DNA of 64,000 nucleotides, from NCBI GenBank assembly GCA_963733765.1, contig CAVTEI010000003.1, forward strand, positions 1,935,711 through 1,999,710, read 5' to 3'. This document shows, one piece after another, positions 57,726-64,000 of this stretch. Every line of letters starts with the position of its first letter. Positions within the stretch are counted from its first letter, which is position 1. Under the pieces are notes generated by a model. That model saw nothing but the letters and a program-made list of their open reading frames with translations, searched no databases and was not told the DNA's origin. Made by a program: the position numbers and the translations under genes. The DNA is from an uncultured Acidimicrobiales bacterium. Lineage in GTDB: Bacteria > Actinomycetota > Acidimicrobiia > Acidimicrobiales > DATKAS01.

Positions 57726-58888
57726 CGGCTGAGCCGACGAAGGTGAAACCGCTTCGCGTGGGAGTGAACCTCCTGTGGCTGGCGCCCGGCGATGTGGGCG
57801 GATCCGAGGAGTACGTTTGCCGCCTCCTCGACGGCCTCGGGGAGGTCGACCGCCACGATCTCGAGCTGACGCTGTTCGCGAACAAGCGCTTTTGGGGAGC
57901 CCATCCGACGATCGCGAACGCGCACCGTCTGGAGGTCGCCGCGATCTCGGGTCGATCGCGGGCGACGCGCATCGCCGCGGAGGTGAGCTGGCTGGCCACT
58001 CGGGCCAGGGGCCTCGGCCTCGACGTCATGCACCATCCCGGCGGCACGGTGCCCCCGCGCACCGCCAGGCCTGTCGTGCTGTCTCTCCACGACCTGCAGT
58101 ACCTCGAGTACCCCGAGTTCTTCTCGCCGCTCAAGCGCGCCTATCTCCGCAGCGCGGTGCCGCGATCGACGAGACAGGCGGCGATCGTCACGGCACCTAG
58201 CGAGTTCGCGCGCGGCACGGTCATCCATCTGCTCGGCATCGCCGCGGACCGGGTGCTCGTCGTGCCGCACAGCATCCCCGCGGGCGAGCCGGGTTGGGGC
58301 ACTCCACCCGACGTGGTCCGCGCCCACTACGACCTCCCCGGTCCATTCCTCCTGTATCCCGCTGTCACGTGGGCGCACAAGAACCACGTTGCGGTCGTAC
58401 GTGCGCTTTCGGCATTGCGGGCAAAGCACCCCGACCTCACCCTCGTCCTCACTGGCGCCCCGGGTCCGGCGGAAGGTGCCCTCACTGCGGAGATCGACCG
58501 GCTCGGGCTCGCCGACTCCGTGCGGCGCACCGGGCGAGTACCGGCCGTGGACGTCAACGGTCTCTACGACGAGGCCGTGGCAACAGTCGTGCCCTCGCGC
58601 TACGAGGGCTTCGGGATCCCAGCCCTCGAAGCGATGCGCCGGGGATGCCCCGTCGTGGCCGCGAACGCGACCGCCCTCCCCGAGGTGGTCGGCGACGCGG
58701 GTGTACTCGTCCATCCCGACGACATCGACGGCTGGGTGGCGGCGATCGACTCGATCATGGGCGACCCCGAGCGGCGGAGTGCGCTCGTCGAGGCCGGAAT
58801 CTCCCGCGCCGCGTCCTTCAGCGGTGCACGAGCCGCGGCGGCGCTGCTCAGCGCGTACCGTCGCGCCGCGGAGGTCCACAACTCGTGA
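57722..58888 (+). CDS. GT4-family glycosyltransferase
   Basis: ATG 57722 overlaps the upstream stop (ATGA). ...VVPSRYEGFGIPALEAM.... Confidence 0.8.
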   Translation: MTAEPTKVKPLRVGVNLLWLAPGDVGGSEEYVCRLLDGLGEVDRHDLELTLFANKRFWGAHPTIANAHRLEVAAISGRSRATRIAAEVSWLATRARGLGLDVMHHPGGTVPPRTARPVVLSLHDLQYLEYPEFFSPLKRAYLRSAVPRSTRQAAIVTAPSEFARGTVIHLLGIAADRVLVVPHSIPAGEPGWGTPPDVVRAHYDLPGPFLLYPAVTWAHKNHVAVVRALSALRAKHPDLTLVLTGAPGPAEGALTAEIDRLGLADSVRRTGRVPAVDVNGLYDEAVATVVPSRYEGFGIPALEAMRRGCPVVAANATALPEVVGDAGVLVHPDDIDGWVAAIDSIMGDPERRSALVEAGISRAASFSGARAAAALLSAYRRAAEVHNS

Positions 58889-58905
58889 AGGTCGCAGCCT
58901 CGTGA
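58885..58905 (+). other. bridging mini-ORF VKVAAS* between the second and third glycosyltransferase genes
   Basis: GTG 58885-58887 overlaps TGA 58886-58888. TGA 58903-58905 overlaps GTG 58902-58904. The motif ctcgtga is repeated 17 nt apart. Confidence 0.35.
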
Positions 58906-60134
58906 GACTCGTCGTTCTCTGCCCGCATTTCGCGCCCGACGTGGCGCCAACGGGCGAGGTGATCACCAGGATCGTCGAGGAGCTCGCGGCTCGCGGCCAT
59001 GTCATCGAGGTCATCACCGCGCTGCCCTGGTACGAGCACCATGCGGTCGAGCCCGAGTTCCGGGGGAAGGCCGTGCGCCGCGAGACCACACCGTGGGGCG
59101 AGATCGTGCGCGTGCACCCGTTCCCAACGGACAAGCGCGACATCTCGCGGCGAGCGATCGCGTTCGGTGGTTTCAGCGCGCTGGCGGGCGCCGTCGCTGT
59201 GACCGGTGGTCGCGTGGACGGCGTGTTGGCCATGTCGCCTCCGCTGACGCTCGGGCTCACCGGCTGGGGCCTCGCCCTCGCCCGCCGCGCGCCGCTCGTG
59301 TTCAACATCCAGGACGTGTTCCCCGACGTCGCGATCGAGCTCGGTGTCCTCCGCGGCGAGCGGGTGATCGCTGCGGCTCGGTGGCTCGAGCGGGTGAGCT
59401 ACGCGCGGGCCGACGCCGTGACCGTGCTCTCCGACGACCTCAGGGACAACGTCGTTGCGAAGGTGGGCGCAGCCGCGGCCGCCAAGGTGCACGTGATCCC
59501 CAACTTCGTCGACACCGACAGGATTCGGCCGGGACCACGCGAGAACAGCTATCGGCGCGAGCTCGGCCTCGGCGGGGAGACGGTCGTGATGTACGCGGGC
59601 AACATCGGCATGTCCCAGTCGCTGGAGCTCATGCTCGACGCGGCGGCCGCGCTCGCGCACGATCCCGAGGTGGTCTTCGTGATCAACGGCGGGGGAGCGG
59701 CGCGGCCGGGTCTGGAGACGGCCGCCCGCGGTCTGCCCAACGTGCGGTTCGTCGACCTCCAACCGCGGCAGCGGCTTCCCGAGGTGCTCGCGGCTGCCGA
59801 CATCCACGTGGTTCCCCTCAAGCGAGGTCTCGGCCGATCGAGCGTGCCGTCGAAGACCTACTCGATCCTCGCCGCCGGGCGTCCGGTGCTGGCCAGCGTG
59901 GACCGCGGCACCGAGGTGGCCAGCCTCGTCGAGCGGTCCGGTGCCGGGGTCTCGGTGCCCCCCGACGATCCCGAGGCGTTCACGAAGGCGCTCGGCCGTC
60001 TCGTCGCCGCGCCCGACGAGCTCGTGCGGATGGGCGCTTCCGGCCGCCGTTTCGTGGAGGGCTGGGCCTCGCCGGCCGCCGTCGCCGAGCAGTACGAGGC
60101 GCTGTTCGAACAGCTCCGACGCCACCGCGCGTGA
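58902..60134 (+). CDS. GT4-family glycosyltransferase (WcaI-like)
   Basis: GTG 58902; VRLVVLCPHFAPDVAPTGEVITRIVEELAARGH... and a C-terminal GT-B domain. Confidence 0.8.
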   Translation: MRLVVLCPHFAPDVAPTGEVITRIVEELAARGHVIEVITALPWYEHHAVEPEFRGKAVRRETTPWGEIVRVHPFPTDKRDISRRAIAFGGFSALAGAVAVTGGRVDGVLAMSPPLTLGLTGWGLALARRAPLVFNIQDVFPDVAIELGVLRGERVIAAARWLERVSYARADAVTVLSDDLRDNVVAKVGAAAAAKVHVIPNFVDTDRIRPGPRENSYRRELGLGGETVVMYAGNIGMSQSLELMLDAAAALAHDPEVVFVINGGGAARPGLETAARGLPNVRFVDLQPRQRLPEVLAAADIHVVPLKRGLGRSSVPSKTYSILAAGRPVLASVDRGTEVASLVERSGAGVSVPPDDPEAFTKALGRLVAAPDELVRMGASGRRFVEGWASPAAVAEQYEALFEQLRRHRA

Positions 60135-60173
60135 CTTCGGGCGCCCAGAGCGCACGGCTAGCGTTGCATCCCT

Positions 60174-60929
60174 ATGGGTAAAGCCTCGTCGGCCAAAAAG
60201 GTCGCCCGCGCCAGCCGTGCCGGTGGCGGTGGGAAGGTTTCGCAGCAGCGCAGCCTCACGTTCCCCGTGACGATCGCGGTGGTGCTCGTGCTCGGCTTCG
60301 CGCTCGTGATCTTCGCGAGCCGTGACAACGAGGCGACGGCCGACGACTCCCCGCCCCAGGCGAACATCGACCACTGGCATGCCGCCTACGGCATCTACGC
60401 CTGTGACGCCTTCCTCACGCCGATCGAGGTTCAGGACGACCCCGAGGGGATCCACAGCCACGCCGACGGTGTGATCCACATCCACCCGTGGGTCGGTGCT
60501 GCCGCCGGAAAGAACGCAACACTCCAGGTGTTCGCTGACGCGGTCGGGCTCGAGCTCAGCAACGACGAGATCACCGTGCCCGGCGTCGCCACGTTCGAGA
60601 ACGGTCAGGACTGCAACGGCGAGCCGGCATCGTGGAAGGCCGCGGTCTGGGCCGACGAGAACGCCGAAACGCCGGTCATCGTCACGGAGGACTTCGGCGA
60701 CATCCATTTCACCAACGACCGCATGCTGATCACGCTGGCATTCGTGCCCGACGGCACCGACATCCCGAAGCCGGAGAGCCAGGGCCAGCTGGACCAGCTG
60801 ACCGACGTTCCGCAGGCGCCAGGCACCGCCGCGCCGAGTTCGTCGGCGGGTATCGACATCCCTGTGACCGACGCTCCGGCGACCACCGCAGCGCCCTCGT
60901 CGACCGCTGCCGCCACCACCGGTTCGTGA
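60174..60929 (+). CDS. membrane-anchored extracytoplasmic protein of unknown function
   Basis: 251 aa. Basic N-terminus, one TM (FPVTIAVVLVLGFALVIFA), a His/Cys-containing domain (DHWHAAYGIYACDAF, GIHSHADGVIHIHPW) and a Pro/Thr/Ala-rich tail. Confidence 0.6.
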   Translation: MGKASSAKKVARASRAGGGGKVSQQRSLTFPVTIAVVLVLGFALVIFASRDNEATADDSPPQANIDHWHAAYGIYACDAFLTPIEVQDDPEGIHSHADGVIHIHPWVGAAAGKNATLQVFADAVGLELSNDEITVPGVATFENGQDCNGEPASWKAAVWADENAETPVIVTEDFGDIHFTNDRMLITLAFVPDGTDIPKPESQGQLDQLTDVPQAPGTAAPSSSAGIDIPVTDAPATTAAPSSTAAATTGS

Positions 60930-61927
60930 GAGCGGTCGTCCTCGTCGGGGGCTTCGGCACCCGACTGCGACCGCTGACGCTCACCAAACCGAAGCAGATG
61001 CTGCCGGTCGTCCATCGACCGATGATCGACTGGGTGGTCGGCCACCTCGCGCCGTTCGGCATCGACGAGGCGATCCTGTCGCTCGGGTACAAGCCTGACG
61101 CGTTCATCGAAGCGTTCCCTGACTCCACCTGCGCCGGTGTGCGTCTTCGCTACGCCGTCGAGCCGGAGCCGCTCGACACCGCCGGCGCGGTCGGCTTTGC
61201 GGCCCGTGACGCCGGCATCGACGAGACCTTTCTCGTCGTGAACGGCGACGTCTTCACCGATCTCGACGTGAGCTCGCTGGTCGACTTCCATCGCGCACGT
61301 GGCGCGGAAGGCACCCTCCACCTCACGCCGGTCGACGATCCCTCGATGTTCGGTGTCGTGCCGACCGACGACGACGGCCGCGTGATCGCGTTCATCGAGA
61401 AGCCGTCGCGAGACGAAGCGCCGACGAACCTCGTCAATGGAGGCACCTACGTGCTCGAGCCTTCAGTGCTCGACCGCATCGCCTCTGATCGAAAGGTGTC
61501 GATCGAGCGCGAGGTCTTTCCCGCGATGGCATCCGAAGGACGTCTCTACGCGATGTCGACGAACGACTACTGGCTCGACACCGGCACGCCCGGGCAGTAT
61601 CTGCAGGCCAACATCGATCTCCTCTCGGGCCGCCGAGGCCGAGCGTTCGCGGGAATCGATCCCACCGCCACCGTCGACCCCGCCGCTACCGTCGAGCGCT
61701 CGGTCATCTCGAGTGGATGCCGCATCGACGCTGGAGTGATCGTGCATGATTCGGTGCTCATGGAATCGGTAACCGTCGAGACGGGCGCAACCGTCAACAC
61801 CTCGGTCATCGGCAGCCAAGCGCGCATCGGCGCGGGCGCCACCCTCGACGGTGCGGTCGTCGGGGACGGATACGTCGTCGCACCCGGCGAATCGCTTTCC
61901 CAGACCCGCGTGCCCGAGCCCGCCTGA
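60926..61927 (+). CDS. NDP-sugar pyrophosphorylase (mannose-1-phosphate guanylyltransferase-like)
   Basis: GTG 60926 overlaps the upstream stop (GTGA). VVLVGGFGTRLRPLTLTKPKQMLPV plus a C-terminal left-handed beta-helix repeat region. Confidence 0.85.
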   Translation: MRAVVLVGGFGTRLRPLTLTKPKQMLPVVHRPMIDWVVGHLAPFGIDEAILSLGYKPDAFIEAFPDSTCAGVRLRYAVEPEPLDTAGAVGFAARDAGIDETFLVVNGDVFTDLDVSSLVDFHRARGAEGTLHLTPVDDPSMFGVVPTDDDGRVIAFIEKPSRDEAPTNLVNGGTYVLEPSVLDRIASDRKVSIEREVFPAMASEGRLYAMSTNDYWLDTGTPGQYLQANIDLLSGRRGRAFAGIDPTATVDPAATVERSVISSGCRIDAGVIVHDSVLMESVTVETGATVNTSVIGSQARIGAGATLDGAVVGDGYVVAPGESLSQTRVPEPA

Positions 61928-62880
61928 TGCGCGCCCTGGTCACTGGCGGAGGCGGGTTCATCGGGTCGAACCTCGTCGATCGCCTTCTCGCCGAAGGGCA
62001 CAGCGTCGACGTCGTCGACAACCTTCTCACCGGCAAGCTCGCGAACCTCGCCGAGGCCCGGCGTGCCGGCGGCCACGCCCTCACAATCCACAACCTCGAC
62101 ATCCGTGCCCCCGAGCTGGTCGCCCTCGCCGAACGCCAAAAGCCCGAGGTCGTGTTCCACCTCGCCGCGCAGTCGAGCGTGAGCATCTCGGTCTCCGATC
62201 CGCTCCTCGATGCCACCGTGAACGCGGTGGGCACGCTGAACGTCCTCGAAGCGGCGCGTGCCGCCGGCAGCCGCAAGGTCGTCTACGCCGCGAGCGGCGG
62301 CACGATCTACGGCGACATCGACCCCAGCGACCTGCCCGTCAAGGAGTCGCACTCGCAGCATCCGCTGTCGCCGTATGGCGTGTCGAAGAAGGCGGGCCAC
62401 GACTACCTCGTCGCCTACCGCGAGCTGCACCAGGTCGAGTTCACGTCGCTCGCTCTCGCGAACGTGTACGGGCCGAGGCAAGACCCGCACGGCGAGGCGG
62501 GCGTCGTGTCGATCTTCGCGGCGCGGCTGCTGGCCGGTGAGCCGTGCAAGATCTTCGGCGACGGCGAGGCCACTCGCGACTACGTCTTCGTCGACGACGT
62601 CGTTGACGCCTTCGTGCGCGCCGCGTCGAAGGGCAGCGGCCTGCTCCTGAACATCGGCTCCGGGCGCGAGACCACCACCAACTCGCTCTACAAGGTCCTC
62701 GCGTCAGCCGCGGGCGTCACCGCATCCGCGCTGCACGCTCCTCCTCGAGCCGGTGATCTCGCCCGCTCGGTTCTCGACCCGGCGCGCGCCGAGCTGCACC
62801 TCGGCTGGAAGCCGTGGACGTCCCTCGACGAGGGCATCGCCGCCGTCTTCAGCTGGCTTCAGCGAAACAAGTCCTCCTGA
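61927..62880 (+). CDS. NAD-dependent epimerase/dehydratase (UDP-glucose 4-epimerase-like)
   Basis: MRALVTGGGGFIGSNLVDRLL and catalytic YGVSKKAG. TGATG junction with the upstream gene. Confidence 0.85.
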   Translation: MRALVTGGGGFIGSNLVDRLLAEGHSVDVVDNLLTGKLANLAEARRAGGHALTIHNLDIRAPELVALAERQKPEVVFHLAAQSSVSISVSDPLLDATVNAVGTLNVLEAARAAGSRKVVYAASGGTIYGDIDPSDLPVKESHSQHPLSPYGVSKKAGHDYLVAYRELHQVEFTSLALANVYGPRQDPHGEAGVVSIFAARLLAGEPCKIFGDGEATRDYVFVDDVVDAFVRAASKGSGLLLNIGSGRETTTNSLYKVLASAAGVTASALHAPPRAGDLARSVLDPARAELHLGWKPWTSLDEGIAAVFSWLQRNKSS

Positions 62881-63587
62881 GGGCTCCGCACCACCTCCTC
62901 ACGCACCGAACCGTCGCGTAGCCACTCTGGATCCACGCCCCGCACCACCGCGACCGGGATGCCCGCGGACTTGCCCATCACCATCTCGGCCGCGCCGGCG
63001 AGCTCGTCGGCCACGCACACCTCGGTGACCTGCATGACCCGCCCGAGCGCGTCGGGGGTGCCGCGCAGGTCGAACACACCAGCGACCCCCGCGCACCCGA
63101 TCGCCACATCGGTGAGGCCCTTCCGCCACGCCCGTCCGAACGTGTCGGAGACGATCACGCCCACCGTGCAACCGCTTCGCGCCCGCACACCGTCGCGGAT
63201 GCGGCGGGCCGACCGATCGGAGTCGACGGGAAGCAGCGCGGCCCAACCCCGTTCCATGTTCGACAGGTCCACCCCCGAGTTCGCGCACACGAAGCCGTGC
63301 CGAGTCTCGGTCACGATGAGGTCTCCTCGCCTCCGGACGATCCGCACGGCTTCTTCCTCGACGAGGTGCTTGTGCGAGAGCGGGTCATCGGGATCGATCG
63401 CGACGACGCGGCCCTCCGCTTTCGAGACGATCTTCTGCGTCACGACGAGCACGTCACCGTCGCGCAGCGCCGTTGCCGCGTCCGCTGCCGCCATCGCCGC
63501 GATCGCCTCGACGATGTGATCGGCGAGCACGTCGCCGGGCCGGACCTCGCCGATGCCCTCGACGCCCCACATCTCGATACGACTCAC
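62859..63587 (-). CDS. cofE: coenzyme F420-0:L-glutamate ligase
   Basis: ...DGDVLVVTQKIVSKAEGR...GFVCANSGVDLSN...VIVSDTFGRAWRKG... is typical CofE/FbiB-N. Confidence 0.85.
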   Translation of the reverse strand: MSRIEMWGVEGIGEVRPGDVLADHIVEAIAAMAAADAATALRDGDVLVVTQKIVSKAEGRVVAIDPDDPLSHKHLVEEEAVRIVRRRGDLIVTETRHGFVCANSGVDLSNMERGWAALLPVDSDRSARRIRDGVRARSGCTVGVIVSDTFGRAWRKGLTDVAIGCAGVAGVFDLRGTPDALGRVMQVTEVCVADELAGAAEMVMGKSAGIPVAVVRGVDPEWLRDGSVREEVVRSPQEDLFR

Positions 63588-63603
63588 TCGGTGCTCGCTT
63601 TCT

Positions 63604-64000
63604 CTAGCCCGCGCTCGTGATCGCCGTCTCGGCGAGCGCGGCCGCGATCGCCGGCGTGCTCATGACGGTCTCGGCCACGACGCAGCGCATGCCGACTCCC
63701 TGGACCGCGTCGACCAGGCCACTGTCGGCGACATCGACGACGAGAGCGGACGCGACGTCGGCATAGATGCGGGCAACGCCCACGACCGACGACTCGAATC
63801 CGAGGTCGGCCATCAGTCGGTCTGCAGGCCCCTTCAGCGCGGCGCCCGCGACGATGGGCGAGATGGCCACAACTCGGTCGCGCCGCGTGATCAGCTCGTC
63901 GCGGATGCCGGGCACCGCCAGGATCGGCCCGATCGAGATGAGCGGATTCGACGGCGCGATCACGATCGTGTCGGCGCTGCGCAGCGCCTCGAGCACACCG
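63604..64000 (-). CDS. cofD: 2-phospho-L-lactate transferase (3' part only; gene continues beyond the window end)
   Basis: C-terminal region ...ADTIVIAPSNPLISIGPILAVPGIRDEL... is typical CofD/FbiA. Confidence 0.8.
   Translation of the reverse strand, partial: GVLEALRSADTIVIAPSNPLISIGPILAVPGIRDELITRRDRVVAISPIVAGAALKGPADRLMADLGFESSVVGVARIYADVASALVVDVADSGLVDAVQGVGMRCVVAETVMSTPAIAAALAETAITSAG

Overview
This is a 64-kb window of a roughly 70% GC Actinomycetota chromosome. Many long alternative-frame and antisense ORFs in the track are GC artefacts. Most of the window is the conserved actinobacterial housekeeping backbone: comM-dprA-xerC-whiG-M23 peptidase-rpsB-tsf-pyrH-frr-cdsA-dxr-rseP-ispG-methyltransferase-proS-rimP-nusA-ylxR-infB-DUF503-rbfA-truB-ribF-rpsO-pnp-M16 peptidase-dapB ... 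dapA-rnj.

Accessory blocks:
- 1-7 kb: AKR, a RidA-SDR fusion, deoD, a PilZ gene, and a PafB/PafC-like WYL pair with an orphan ModA-like lipoprotein, a CAP-domain lipoprotein and a DinB-like protein.
- 38.4-45 kb: an insert between dapB and dapA with a DapA paralogue, SDR, DedA, FadD, TetR, a di-iron protein and a wHTH unknown.
- 47.6-52.4 kb: a membrane protein plus cytochrome c, LpdA-like flavoprotein, and a decayed PATR/CWB2 surface protein.
- 52.5-64 kb: accA/birA, a cell-envelope glycan operon (LCP, three GT4, an unknown, NDP-sugar pyrophosphorylase, epimerase), then cofE/cofD.

I found no rRNA, tRNA, CRISPR array or IS element.

Main unexplained signals:
1. At least five gene junctions carry 3-9 codon bridging mini-ORFs. 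The start codon of each overlaps the upstream stop and its stop overlaps the downstream start (ATGA/GTGA/TGATG at both ends). Each is built from short tandem duplications of the junction.
2. About 15 single-nucleotide frame disruptions are present. Four are in essential genes (tsf, dxr, ispG, proS) and nine are packed into one surface-protein gene. This most likely reflects consensus or assembly error or strain heterogeneity, and it makes several ORF-track entries chimeric.
3. Unusual domain fusions occur: RidA-SDR, and M23 peptidase with an alpha/beta-hydrolase.

No clear defence or mobile system is visible. All family assignments come from motif recognition by eye, not from database searches.
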